Positions 39,670 to 51,754 of a stretch of DNA of 64,000 nucleotides are shown here, in pieces. Every line of letters begins with the position of its first letter. Position 1 is the first letter of the stretch. This DNA comes from Amoebidium appalachense (Eukaryota; Protista; Ichthyosporea): assembly GCA_963693365.1 (NCBI GenBank), contig CAVNZM010000016.1, forward strand, positions 1,743,538 through 1,807,537. The letters run 5' to 3'. The notes under the pieces are model-generated. The model had not been told where the DNA came from and ran no database searches. It saw only the letters and a list, made by a program, of their open reading frames with translations. The translations under genes and the position numbers were made by a program.

Positions 39670-40390
39670 GTCATCACCATCAACGAGAACGACTCACCAC
39701 CCATCAAGGTTCCCTACCGTGAACTACTTGGCCGTCTTTTGTGGGTTGCTCGTTGTTCCCGGCCCGACATCTCCTTTGCCATCGGCTACCTCGGTAGATT
39801 CAGTGCCCACCCCACCAAACTTGCATGGGAATGCCTACTCCGTGTAGTTCGGTACCTCATCGGCACTTCCAACCTCGGCCTTCACTACGACAAGTCTGCT
39901 TCCGACGACAACACCCCCTTGCTGGAGTGTTATTCTGATGCTGACTTTGCCAACTGCCCCAACACCCGTCGTTCAACCACCGGATACGTCATCTTCTTCA
40001 AGGGCATACCCATCACATGGTATTCGAAGCTGCAGTCCATCACGGCAACATCCACCACCGAGGCTGAGCTTCTGGCCATCAATGCTGCTGTTCAAAACGT
40101 CATCTGGCACCGTGATCTCCTCCGTGAACTCGGCTACCCGATGACCGACCCCACCCCCGTCTACTGTGACAACCAGTCCACCATTGCCCTCCTGCACACC
40201 AACAGCATCAAGCACCGGACCAAACACATTGCAGTCCGGTACCACAACACGAAGGATTACATCAAGAGTGGGGATGTGGTCGTCACCTACGTGTCCAGCA
40301 AAGACAACGTGGCTGACATCTTCACCAAGCCCCTGCCCGGGCCCTCCCACGAGCAGCACCGTGATTCACTCAGTCTTCGTGACTGAGTGT

Positions 40391-40453
<63 letters not shown>

Positions 40454-41571
40454 TCATCTACAGTGGTCTTCAAGTAGGTTGGGGCACTGGCCAGTGGTCT
40501 ACACATCACCGTGTAGAGACACCTCCCAACGAAAGTCTACTGCTGTCTTCATCGATCTTCAGTGTGTGCATCTTCAGTGGGGATTTCTTCTCCACCATCC
40601 ATCGTTTATTTATATACCATCATATATTTAATGTATAAATCATTAGCCACCAACACGTCACACATACACTAGTTGTTTTCTTCTATATATATTTATATAT
40701 CGTCATTGGCTACCGTCATGTTCCGAGTCTTCAGAGGCAACCGTCGTTGTGTGCTTCTTCCGTTTTGGTTTTCTTCCCCGGCTTGCACCTTCAAGTCTTC
40801 TCCAATTGTCTTCTCGAGTGGGGAAACTTGACTGTGACTTCACGGCACCTGCTTCTACATGTGTGAGAGTGTGGTATATTATACCGGATATCTAGTATGG
40901 ATGTACACAGGTTGAGATATACGCACACGTGTACATGTATATATACCACTGTGTTTGATCTTAGGTAGGCCAGTATGCATGTCCCTCCCAGTCTTGTGCG
41001 CATGAGCATGGAGTTAAACGTATGTGCACGTGCAACTTGCAGGATTATTCATGGGAAAACAGATATAATAGCCACATGGGACCGACACGTAGCAGAGGAA
41101 CCATGAGCGTTAAGTTATAGTTTTATCATGGGAAAATATGCAAGTAGCCGCGTGAGGTATGACTGTGGAATGCATCGATAATCAAGTACTGTCACCCGAT
41201 TGGCTCAATAGGTTTATTGGAACCGTGATAGCCATGGGACAGAACCGTGAACCGTATGTGATTGGCTCTCGTAGCCAAAAAGCACATACCGATGCGCATG
41301 TCTGAGCCGCTGTGCGAGCTCCGTTATAAGGGCATGTCGGGGGCTTCAGAGTTTACTTAGTGTGCTCGGCTTACTAGGTGTAAGTAGGACTAGCACGTAA
41401 CTAAGCAAAGCGTGGTCTAGTCAACCCCGTTCATTTATAAACATATTGTTTGTCACAGACACACGATCTTATTATACAACAGCTGAGCTACACCCCCTGC
41501 AGCGCTGTTCTTGTGCTGCAAGTGTGCTCGTATCAAGCAAGTACTATGTTTTTAGTTGTTTGGGTCCTAAC

Positions 41572-42141
41572 ATGTCTAACCACTTTGGTGACAACAATGC
41601 CGGCCCTAGTGGCCTGCATGGGGGGGAAGCTAGAAACGCCGACATCATTTTCCTGGAAGAACTCGGCTATAATGTTCCCCTTTCCCCCCCGGCTCTTCAC
41701 CGTGGCACCCTCCTGGAGCAGACCTTCCGTTGCTCGACCGTGTCTACTTCCGTTCACACGACTTGCAACACGACAATCAATACTGCTTCTCTTTTCATTC
41801 AGGGGAAACCGACTACGGCCAATCATTTGACCCCGAAGACTTGCCACCTGAAGACAATCGACATTCATCAGTCGACCTTCTCCACGGGCTATATGTCGAG
41901 GTCAACGCAAACGCAAGCCGAGGCACCAGACGCCCTCATACGCGCCCTAACGGAGTATGCAAATTTGCACAACAAGACGGGCGTGAGCCTGGCAGCTTGG
42001 TGCTGGTGCGTTCTTGGGTGTCTCCTTCTGTTCGTGCTGCTGGCATTTTTGGTATCGAAGTTTGCCAGCTGTACAGCGCGCACGGCACTGTACACCATCC
42101 CCGACACATGCAGGAGTTTGCTTTGCAACCCTCGGATGTGA
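41572..42141 (+). CDS. First ORF of the Gypsy element, 189 aa, hydrophobic C-terminal segment, not recognisable as Gag
   Basis: ATG at 41572 (MSNHFGDNN...) and the segment LAAWCWCVLGCLLLFVLLAFLV. Confidence 0.4.
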   Translation: MSNHFGDNNAGPSGLHGGEARNADIIFLEELGYNVPLSPPALHRGTLLEQTFRCSTVSTSVHTTCNTTINTASLFIQGKPTTANHLTPKTCHLKTIDIHQSTFSTGYMSRSTQTQAEAPDALIRALTEYANLHNKTGVSLAAWCWCVLGCLLLFVLLAFLVSKFASCTARTALYTIPDTCRSLLCNPRM

Positions 42142-42989
42142 TTGTTACTTCTGTAAGAAAAAACGATAAAGCTCTAGCTGTGAGTGGTGAAGTGATGCTC
42201 CCGTTATGCCTCGGTTCTCAAACATTCATGTGGCCTTGCTTAGTAATTAAAAATATTAAGCATGACATGATTATTGGGAACGATTTTGCCAACAAACACA
42301 TTGCCACCACTAATCATCAAGCACACTCACTAACACTGGTGTCGGGGATGGTGGTGCCGACGTCATCTTTGCACACCCCCTACACAATGTGTCCTGTTAC
42401 CGTCAAGCACGACACCACCGTCAAATCTGGCTTTGGATGTGTATTACGTGCAACGGTGCAGGTGACTGCTGCTGCTGCTGCTGCTGGCACCCTCGGTATC
42501 TTCGAGCCTACTCGTGAATTTCGAGATAAGTTCCCCCCCACCATCTGTGAACTTAGTGTGGATAAATCTATTGCTGTTGTGTGCGAAAATGGTGTGGGTC
42601 CGGATTTGAACGTGTTCGGTACCATCGGTCATTTCGTTCCTACGAGCCGACATGAGTACATACACGAACTGAGTGTTTTGCAAGCCGAACCCCACCCCAG
42701 TCGTACACAAACCGTCGTTGGTGCAATAGCGCAGTGCATCAGGTGGGCAACGGGGGGTGGAGAAGGTTGCCTACCCAATTCACCTCCGGCCGTGCCACCG
42801 GGCCGGGTGCCTACCGATAACATGTGTGGGCACGAAGGGCATGTGAGTGGGACACGAGGCGGTCCGATACACTCACCGATCGACCAATCAATGTGTGCCG
42901 TTGATCATGAAAAACCCCCCCCGCGAAAAATTTCGGAAATTTCGGGTGGGGGGTGCACACGATGCCGGCCAGGCTCCCCACGGTTTTGA
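41730..42989 (+). pseudogene. Partial retropepsin region, C-terminal half only
   Basis: GEVMLPLCLGSQTF..CLVIK..HDMIIGNDF is a typical retropepsin C-terminus. No D(S/T)G motif was seen. A frameshift is needed to reach RT. Confidence 0.6.
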
Positions 42990-44823
42990 TTGGAATAGGG
43001 TGCCTCAGAGTATGCTTCCGGAGGTTAAGAAACTATTAGAAGCACACTCTCGTTGCTTCACCACTACGGACCCCGACGAATTTCCTCAGATTAAAGGATT
43101 CACCATGCACATAGACACGGGAGATAACCCACCGATTCGATTAAAACAGTGGAGGTTGGAACAAGTGAAAGAGCAGGCTGCAAAGGAGATCGTGGAGGAT
43201 ATGTGTCATAGAGGGCAGATGGAACAAGCACACAGTCAGTATAATTCACCCACCTTCGTAATACGAAAACCAAACGGAAAATACCGTCTGCTGACTGATT
43301 TTCGTGCTCTTAACAAGCAAATTCGAAAATCTGCCTGGCCCATGCCCAACTTGCAACAACAAATAGAGAAGTTGGCTGGGTATAAGTATTTCTGTAAAGC
43401 TGATATGTCGGGTGCCTTTTACCAAATACTGCTAGACGCTGAGTCACGTGAAAAAACAGGATTTTCTGTGGCTGGTGTGCAGTATCGTTATTGTGTGGCA
43501 CCACAGGGGCTCAGTACTTCCCCGTCCCAGCTAGCATCTATCATGACACAGATTTTGGCCCCGCTGGCCGATGATGTGGTGATATATGCCGATGATTTAG
43601 CTGTGGGTGCACACACCGAAACAGAATTAATACAGAAGCTTGACCGACTTTTCACCCGTCTCGGTGAATATGGTGTTAAGCTCGATGGGGCAAAGACATA
43701 TATTGGGCTAACGGAAATACCGTTTTTGGGTTGGATTGTAGGTGTGAATGGCATTCGGCCCGACCCGAAAAAGGTTCAGGCAGTAAAAGATTGGCCGGTA
43801 CCAAACACACTACACCAACTCCGGGGTTTTCTGGGTATTACTTCCTATCTCCGCCGCCACATTTTAAATTATGCAGAGCGAGCCCGACCCATGAATGCCG
43901 AGTGTTACGGAGAAAAACACCGACGGTTAAAATGGACGGACGAATTAGATCGCTCGTTTAAAGATTTAAAATCGGCGTTATCGGAGGAAGTGCTTGCCCT
44001 GCCCGATCTTTCCCCCACGGGGGGTCAGTTTCTTATTCGTTGTGATAATAGTCGGTTCTCGGAAGGGGCTTGCCTGTATCAAAAACAAAATGATGGCAAG
44101 TTCCGCACGGTGGCATATGCCTCCCGGATGTTTCAACCTACCGAACGTAGGTGGAGCAACATCGAACGAGAAACGCATGCAATCTATTGGGCACTGAAAG
44201 AGTTTAGGGTGTACGTGTATGGTCGAGTAAATACAATTGTGGAAAGTGACCATCAGCCCTGTCTTTCTCTTAAAGGTGTCAAACGGATAGCAAACGAACG
44301 GATGCAACGGTGGGCTTTGGAAATGCAGGAGTATGATTTCGATCTATACTACCGTCCTGGCCCTACCATGCACGATGCTGATGGGTTAAGCCGTATAGGA
44401 TATATTCTGCATGAGAACGAAAACATAACACTGGAAAGGTGGGATGTGAAAAACTTTAAGGAATTACAAGAGGTTCTCACAGCAGATTTATCCGAGCTTA
44501 GCTCGCAACCAGCCGAAGTGTTTGTTGATTGGGGCGATGCACTCGAATTCACACACATTTTCGATCCAGACCGCTTGAAATGTGCACAAATTTCTGCACT
44601 CAGTCAAGCCGGCCTGCCCTCCCTTTCTGCACTCGGTGGTGCCGGCTATCAGAAGGAAGCAATTATGATGGCACAGGGGGGGGACAAAATGTGTAAGGAT
44701 ATAATCACGTGGCTACGGTGGCTTGCCTCCCTCGATGCCGAGGCCAAACGGGAATGGCAGGCAGGGGGGGAACGAGCTGCACACGGTCTTAATCTTGAGT
44801 ATTTCGGATACAAAAAGGTTTAG
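42847..44823 (+). CDS. Gypsy RT-RNase H (start not real; ends at an in-frame TAG before integrase)
   Basis: YNSPTFVIRK, RLLTDFRALN, KADMSGAFYQ, PQGL, YADD, FLG, RCDNS, YASR, ERE, SDHQP and ADGLSR. Confidence 0.93.
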   Translation: MGHEAVRYTHRSTNQCVPLIMKNPPREKFRKFRVGGAHDAGQAPHGFDWNRVPQSMLPEVKKLLEAHSRCFTTTDPDEFPQIKGFTMHIDTGDNPPIRLKQWRLEQVKEQAAKEIVEDMCHRGQMEQAHSQYNSPTFVIRKPNGKYRLLTDFRALNKQIRKSAWPMPNLQQQIEKLAGYKYFCKADMSGAFYQILLDAESREKTGFSVAGVQYRYCVAPQGLSTSPSQLASIMTQILAPLADDVVIYADDLAVGAHTETELIQKLDRLFTRLGEYGVKLDGAKTYIGLTEIPFLGWIVGVNGIRPDPKKVQAVKDWPVPNTLHQLRGFLGITSYLRRHILNYAERARPMNAECYGEKHRRLKWTDELDRSFKDLKSALSEEVLALPDLSPTGGQFLIRCDNSRFSEGACLYQKQNDGKFRTVAYASRMFQPTERRWSNIERETHAIYWALKEFRVYVYGRVNTIVESDHQPCLSLKGVKRIANERMQRWALEMQEYDFDLYYRPGPTMHDADGLSRIGYILHENENITLERWDVKNFKELQEVLTADLSELSSQPAEVFVDWGDALEFTHIFDPDRLKCAQISALSQAGLPSLSALGGAGYQKEAIMMAQGGDKMCKDIITWLRWLASLDAEAKREWQAGGERAAHGLNLEYFGYKKV

Positions 44824-44835
44824 AAAATAGCACAA

Positions 44836-46248
44836 ATGTGTGTGATAGAGGATGACGTGCTTTATCATGTGGCTAAGGATGGTCGTCGTTGCCTGTATGT
44901 GCCCGAAATCCTTCGTGCTGATTTATTAAGAAGTGTGCACGACGGGGGGGCTCATACTGGCATTGAACGAACTTACGAAAGATTATACAATTATTATTGG
45001 CCACGCATGCACAAAGATATCACTGCTTATGTGAATGCCTGCACACAGTGCCAAGGCCGTAACGATAACCCACACTTGAGAAGTAGGCCATTTGAACAGA
45101 GATACGAAAATTTAAAAATGTTCTCTCGTGTTTCTGTTGACCTTATGGGTCCGTTCACAGAAACGAAAAATGGTAATACTTTCATTTGTGTGTTTATGGA
45201 TATGGCAACGAAGTATTTAATCACTGTGCCCATCCAATCTAAGCATGCCGTTAATGTTGCACATGCACTCATGAATGTAATTTGCTATATACACGGCCCC
45301 CCTCGTACACTCTTGAGTGATCAGGGTTCAGAATTTCTCAATGAGCTAATTATTGAGATTTGCCGTATAGCAAATATTGCACAAGTGAGCACCTCTGCAT
45401 ATCACCCACAAAGCAACGGTTCCAATGAACGGTCTCATAGATTTATTAATAATGCACTCTCAAAGTACGTTAATTATGAGCACACTAATTGGGACACTCT
45501 GTTGCCGGTGGTTACACATGCATACAACACAACAACACACAAAATTTTGCAATGTACACCGTATTATCTTGTGTACGGGCAAGAAGCAACACAATTCCCT
45601 GACGTTGCCCTTCTTAACAGTAACCACCCGGCACTCAAGGACCCAGAGTGGAAGGCATACCGGCGAGAGTTACTAGCCCGTCTGCCTCTGCTCCGTGCTG
45701 TGGTCCAGCAACGTGCCGTACGAGAGCCCCCAGGCCCCTCGGTGGCTCGTGAATTTGAGAAGGGTGCACGGATACGTGTTCGGAATCAAGCCAAAAATAT
45801 CGGTGCCTGGGATGTACGGTGGATTACGGGTTACGAAATCGTCAAAAGGGTCGGCCCGGTTACGTACGAGATCCGAAGCTTAGCAACTATGAAGAAATCT
45901 AAGTGGCATGTGGACGATATTCAGCTTGAATTGAGTGAGCAAAATAGAATTCGGCCTCAAGATCTCTCTCACCTCCCGGACACGGGCGATAGTCACAACT
46001 TCAACAAGGTTCTGCCGGACGAGTGGGTGGTGGAAAAGGTGCTTGACGTAAGAATTCAGAAACGGCGCAAGCAATCCACCCCTTACAAGTGGTACCAGAT
46101 CAAGTGGGCAGGCAAAGATGATTCATTCACCTCTTGGGAGTCTGAGAAAGACTTAGCCTGCCCGGACAAGATCCGAGAGTTCCACCAACGCAGAGGTGAC
46201 CTTGCATCGTTCCACGGATACATTGACTCATTGTGTGGAGCATGGTGA
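44836..46248 (+). CDS. Gypsy integrase with C-terminal chromodomain
   Basis: HHCC (H..AHTG..CTQC), DDE (VDLMGP, SDQGSEF, NGSNER) and chromodomain WVVEKVL..YQIKWAG..SWE. Confidence 0.95.
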   Translation: MCVIEDDVLYHVAKDGRRCLYVPEILRADLLRSVHDGGAHTGIERTYERLYNYYWPRMHKDITAYVNACTQCQGRNDNPHLRSRPFEQRYENLKMFSRVSVDLMGPFTETKNGNTFICVFMDMATKYLITVPIQSKHAVNVAHALMNVICYIHGPPRTLLSDQGSEFLNELIIEICRIANIAQVSTSAYHPQSNGSNERSHRFINNALSKYVNYEHTNWDTLLPVVTHAYNTTTHKILQCTPYYLVYGQEATQFPDVALLNSNHPALKDPEWKAYRRELLARLPLLRAVVQQRAVREPPGPSVAREFEKGARIRVRNQAKNIGAWDVRWITGYEIVKRVGPVTYEIRSLATMKKSKWHVDDIQLELSEQNRIRPQDLSHLPDTGDSHNFNKVLPDEWVVEKVLDVRIQKRRKQSTPYKWYQIKWAGKDDSFTSWESEKDLACPDKIREFHQRRGDLASFHGYIDSLCGAW

Positions 46249-47841
46249 CGTATGTCGAGGACGACATACTTCTTTTTACGGTGGGGCGTGTGGTATATTA
46301 TACCGGATATCTAGTATGGATGTACACAGGTTGAGATATACGCACACGTGTACATGTATATATACCACTGTGTTTGATCTTAGGTAGGCCAGTATGCATG
46401 TCCCTCCCAGTCTTGTGCGCATGAGCATGGAGTTAAACGTATGTGCACGTGCAACTTGCAGGATTATTCATGGGAAAACAGATATAATAGCCACATGGGA
46501 CCGACACGTAGCAGAGGAACCATGAGCGTTAAGTTATAGTTTTATCATGGGAAAATATGCAAGTAGCCGCGTGAGGTATGACTGTGGAATGCATCGATAA
46601 TCAAGTACTGTCACCCGATTGGCTCAATAGGTTTATTGGAACCGTGATAGCCATGGGACAGAACCGTGAACCGTATGTGATTGGCTCTCGTAGCCAAAAA
46701 GCACATACCGATGCGCATGTCTGAGCCGCTGTGCGAGCTCCGTTATAAGGGCATGTCGGGGGCTTCAGAGCTTACTTAGTGTGCTCGGCTTACTAGGTGT
46801 AAGTAGGACTAGCACGTAACTAAGCAAAGCGTGGTCTAGTCAACCCCGTTCATTTATAAACATATTGTTTGTCACAGACACACGATCTTATTATACAACA
46901 GAGAGTCTTAACATCAACAGTCACATCAACAAACTTCACGAGAACCCAACTTCCAACCCTTGAGTGGGGATGTCATCTTCACTTGATTCTCAGCAAGACT
47001 TAGAAGTTGAGTTTTGTATTTATTTATTAGTTGTTGTAGTTTGTTTCCTTTTCCTTTCTTCATTTCTTTCTTTCTTTTCCGTTTCCGGGTACACGACATC
47101 TTAGATCTGTGTACGTATCGACATACTTAGCTCGCGCACACGTATTGTCGTTTGCGTCAAAATCTATATATGTCATCCAATCATATCTCGTTTGTATTTT
47201 CCCAAATATAGTAACTTACATTCCTTTCTCATTCCTTTCCCACGACGTAGCATTGTGCTATGTTCTCCAACTATTAGGAATAATTATATTTAGACGTGTT
47301 ATGATAAGAACATGTATAAATGTATGTTATGAATTAATAGTTACATAAGTGGTTTCATTTTGTTAAATGTTTCCGTGCTTTTATTAGAAGTTTCTTTCAT
47401 TAGAGGATTGAGTTTTATATTCTATGTGTCGACAGACATTTTAATCGATATATTTTACACTCATAGTTTTCGTTCTTTTGATTGGTTTATCGTTTCACAT
47501 TCCCAAGTATAAAAGGGACCTCATCTTGAAATAAATCATAAGCAGTCGTATTCATTTCCTATGGTTCCAGAAATCGTTCCTCCTCTCCGGTTGTGTTTTT
47601 CCCGTGTGTCTCTGTGTTGTGTATATCATAACACCCATCTGTGCTCTCTGCTTCTCCGTTTACCCACACAAAGTAACAGTGATCCCGACCAGGAGCTTGG
47701 AAACTGGGTGTCATTTCCATGTATTACTTTTCATTTCCGGAGCACGTAAAAAGAAAAACTAAACCACATTCAGGTTTTTATTGTGGTAAACATTTTTCAT
47801 ATGTGCTTCACCCATGACACTAACTTTGTTTTGCTTTCCAG

Positions 47842-48245
47842 ACCAAACCACCAAGGAGTTCTTCAACAGGGCCGCTCGCGCTGCCATTGCTGGGATGCCC
47901 AAGGTGGAGTCGTGTGTTGTGTTGGTGGAGGGAACACGGGATGTCCCTGTTGGCCAGGCCCCCCCAGACACACAAGAGACTGGAGAGGAGAATGCATCGG
48001 CTGCGCGTGACATGTTGGGTGCCATGGCCGCCCTGCCTGTGCATATGCCCGTTACATCCCCGTCAGACCCAACTAAGGAAGCTGGTGACGGCAAACGGAA
48101 TGGGGAAGTAAGGGACGAGGATGCACACACGCAGAAAAAGTCCAAAACGGAGGTGACCAAATCTGTCACAGGAAAGCCAATGAAGGGCCGTAGCGGCGCT
48201 TCCGGTGGCAGCAGGGGAAAGGGTAGGGGTCGAGGTAGAAAATAA
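47842..48245 (+). CDS. Probable terminal exon of an unidentified gene, basic RG-rich C-terminus
   Basis: Pyrimidine tract plus CAG acceptor at 47841, then a protein-like open frame to TAA. A possible phase-compatible donor (gtaaac) lies at ~47786. Confidence 0.4.
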
Positions 48246-48876
48246 TTGAAGTAAAATTAAATGGTAAAAGTAAATGGTATCTATAACGGGTATGGTAAAG
48301 GCAGGTGTTTAGTTTTTTTTCTCCAAAACTTTTGCTATCCGAGTCTCTTCACTGTGTATGTGTGTATAAGTTTGTTTGTGTGGTATATTTCAACACGTTG
48401 AAGTGTGTGTGCAGTGCATACACACACGATACAATAACAAGTCTGGGTGTGGTTTATTTTGACACATTGAAGTGTGTGTAGCGCACACACACACGATACA
48501 ATAACATGTTTGGACATAGTCTATACATTGTCAAAGAGTATGATAATGTCGTGCTTGGATGCGCTTACACTGATGTATTTGTGTGTGTGTGTGTGGAATG
48601 ACACACACACACCATAAAATACAGTGTAAAGTTTAACCTTACCTTTGCAACCTTACCACCCATGTACTCCCTCCCTGTTTCCGGGGGGGGGGGGGGGGGG
48701 GGGGGGAACAACTTTTTGCCATCTAGGCCAGACTGTGCAGGTCCGTGCACACGCTGTGTTTTCACATAGGCACACCCTGGCCCCTCTGCACCCCTGCATT
48801 CCCTCCCTGTTTCCGGGATAGTAGGGAGGGGGGGGGGGGGGGGGAGGGGGGGAAGGTTACGACAATGATTTTTTAT

Positions 48877-48910
<34 letters not shown>

Positions 48911-49756
48911 CGCCCACACTGTGTTTCTCCCACCACATACAAACCCTCTGACCCCCCTGTCACCGGGTCGGCAGGGTAGTAGGGGGGGGGGGGTGCATTT
49001 TGGCCTGCCCGATATTCACCCTAGATCAGTCAAATTTGACGACCTGGATTTGACAACACTTTGGCCTGGACGACACTTTGGCCTGCAACCCGCCCCCCCC
49101 CCCCCCCCCCCCCCCCCCCCCCATCCCAACAAAATACATTGGTTTCCTTATAACTGTCCGTCTTGTACCCCAATTAGTCCGTGAATCTGCTTAGAGCCCG
49201 TGTGAGTGCAGTTCTTTACTGGTGAGATGTGTGAACGAGCAAAAAAGGCAAAACCACTACTGATAATTGGTTTTTCCAACCTCCCCCACTCCCCCACTCC
49301 CCCCTCCCCTGCATTCCCCATATCCCGCTCTGGATCCCCTCTCTTCCTGCTCTCTTCTCATCCCCCCCCCCCCCCCCCCCCTTCCCTCCTTCACTTCCTT
49401 CGAATCCCCTTTGCCTATGATAGTCATTTTTTAGCTTGATTCGATCCTCAGTCTTTGGGGACACTGTTTTGCTTTTCTTATTTTAATTTTTTTTTTTGCA
49501 TGCCATGTTGTTGTTGTTGTTTGGGAAGGGTGAGCGAGGGGGGGGGGGGGGGGGTGAGGGGGGGGGGGGGGGGGGGGCTTTTTGGAGGCAAATTTTCTAT
49601 ATCCCGCTCCTGATCCCCTATCTTCCTGCCCTCTCTTTCATTCCTCACTCCCCCCTTCCCCCCCTCCCCCCCAATTTAAAATTTACTATCATAGTCATTT
49701 TTTACATTGATTTGCTCCTCAGGTCTTTGTGGACATGGCTTTGGTTTGTTTTTTTT

Positions 49757-49787
<31 letters not shown>

Positions 49788-50467
49788 GGGGGGGGAGAGA
49801 GAGTAGTTGCCATATGCTTAGCCACACACACGGGTACCATTAATGGACGTGGTCGAAGAATGACGTTTCAGGTGTATGTAAGCCAAGGTATGCACAATAC
49901 CAACTTTTCTGGTCACAGTTTGTGCATGGATGATATCATCATCGGATCTCGGAGTTATAATACGGCTCTGGTGATCATCGCGCTTGGGTGCCACTCTCTT
50001 ACATTTTTCAGCAATCTATGTTCGGGCGACCCGCATGATATTATGACCCAAGTTTAATCGAGCCAAATGCACCAGATTTTCAGTGCAAAAACCCAACGGG
50101 CTGGTCAGCCGACTTGAGCACATCGAACACAACCTTTCCCCTAGGAAGCAATGTACCGTGCTTGATTGTGTTACAACTTGAAGCAACAAAAAGTCAGTTG
50201 ATCGATATCTGGTCAGAATACTTGAATTATCTCATTTGGAAGTTGTTAGCAAACAGTGATGATTCTGATTTTTATGTAACTTCTGGAGAAACTTTAAGGT
50301 TGTAATACGTCAACAGTTATAACTTGACTTAACTTGCAAGCACCGCCTGGTGGTCATCAAACCACAAGCAAAATCGCACTCTTATCGAACTTCTCCGTTC
50401 AAACAAGAATCAAAAACACTCTCTGTACACGGCAACGTGTGGCTCCCCAGTGCAACACCCAATAAGC

Positions 50468-50501
<34 letters not shown>

Positions 50502-50910
50502 CCTCCCCCTCCCCCCCCCCCCCCCCCCCCCCACCCCCGGTGCCGGGCACAAAAGAAATAGAAACCATCTCATACCACCAATTCCCCTGAGAAGCCTTAC
50601 CTACTTTGAAAACGAACCCTTCTCTAACCTGTAGTGATACCAGTGGGGGCAATATTTTCCCTCTACCACAAGTATTCCCTCCCCCCCCCCCACCGGGACG
50701 CACTTTTGATGAATCACCCCTTTGCCAGTCGAACCATTTATTATCGGATGGAAACCGGAAGATTTCTTTCTCTCTCTCTCCCCTCCCACCTCCCTCCCTC
50801 CCTCCCTCCCTCCCTCCCTCTCTCTCCATATGCATCCCTCCATCCCTCCCCCCTTCCCCCCCCCCCCCTCTCTCCCTTTTCTCTCTCTCTCTTTCTCTCT
50901 CTCTCTCCCT

Positions 50911-50964
<54 letters not shown>

Positions 50965-51200
50965 GGGAATAATCGTTTTTTTCTTTATCATGGGGGAAGG
51001 GGGGGGGGGGGGGGGGGGGGGGATACGTAATTCGTTTAGGGTGAGTTTTAAGCCATACTGCAAGGACGTAATGACGTGTCAGGCGTGGGCCAACCACAGC
51101 GCATCATGCGGAATACTTTCACCGCTTGTGCTGGCATATAGTGCTATGAGTAGTACGCAGACTCCGTTATGTTAAGTGGCCGTATAAGGGCCGGTGGGGG

Positions 51201-51233
<33 letters not shown>

Positions 51234-51754
51234 AATAGCTATGATGCGGGAGCCCCCACGGCGGCCGGCGGCTCGGGCGATTTCTTGGCATTTATAAGGG
51301 GCCCGTTGTGGCCGGGTTCATTTTTTTTCAGTCAGCAATTCACTTTATAACTTCTGTTTTTCTTTTTCTCCCCACCCACCATCCCGGGTGCATAATGAGT
51401 TATTTTGACCTTGTATTTCTATGTATTGGTTAGTGTTTGTAATCTTGTATTTTTGTTGCACGATGTTATATCCAGGACGCAAATCCCCAAGGTTTCCCCT
51501 CCCAGCCACAGGCTTGCCTCGGGTCAGTTACTGTACACTGTGGCACCTATCAATACAAACACGATGACTAGGGTTTGCCGGTCCTTTAGATGTTGCAGGC
51601 TACGAGGGGGAAAAAAAAAAAAAAAAAAAACTGATTATGTAGATGCACGTGCAGGAGCACACAGCCATTTTGTGTCAAACGTTGTGATTATGGAGTCCGC
51701 ATGTTCCGTCGGCAGTGCATTCGGTGGGTGAGGTTGCGATTGGTGCCGCATAGG

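Larger units (their letters stand above)
34525..40386 (+). pseudogene. Copia gag-PR-IN-RT-RH polyprotein, interrupted by a TRIM and a frame change near the C-run at ~37030
   Basis: CSYCHEPHHITAC, WDSAC, WHNRLGH..CFGC, WHLD, FDSGSEF, NGVVER, QLDVSTAFL, YVDD, YSDAD, TEAE, CDNQS and ADIFTK. Confidence 0.94.
40870..46900 (+). mobile_element. Ty3/Gypsy chromovirus-type LTR retrotransposon inserted in the Copia-2 3' UTR
   Basis: 612-bp LTRs at 40870-41481 and 46289-46900 (TG...CA, one mismatch seen). 5-bp TSD GAGAG at 40865-40869 and 46901-46905. PPT-like ggtggggcg. Domain order PR-RT-RH-IN-CHD. Confidence 0.97.
33820..47678 (+). mobile_element. Ty1/Copia LTR retrotransposon (family 2) carrying two nested insertions
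   Basis: 5' LTR ~33820-34449 (left part garbled, start approximate). PBS-position sequence ggtttacggccc. PPT gagtgggga before the 3' LTR at 46971-47678 (TG...CA). Confidence 0.92.
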
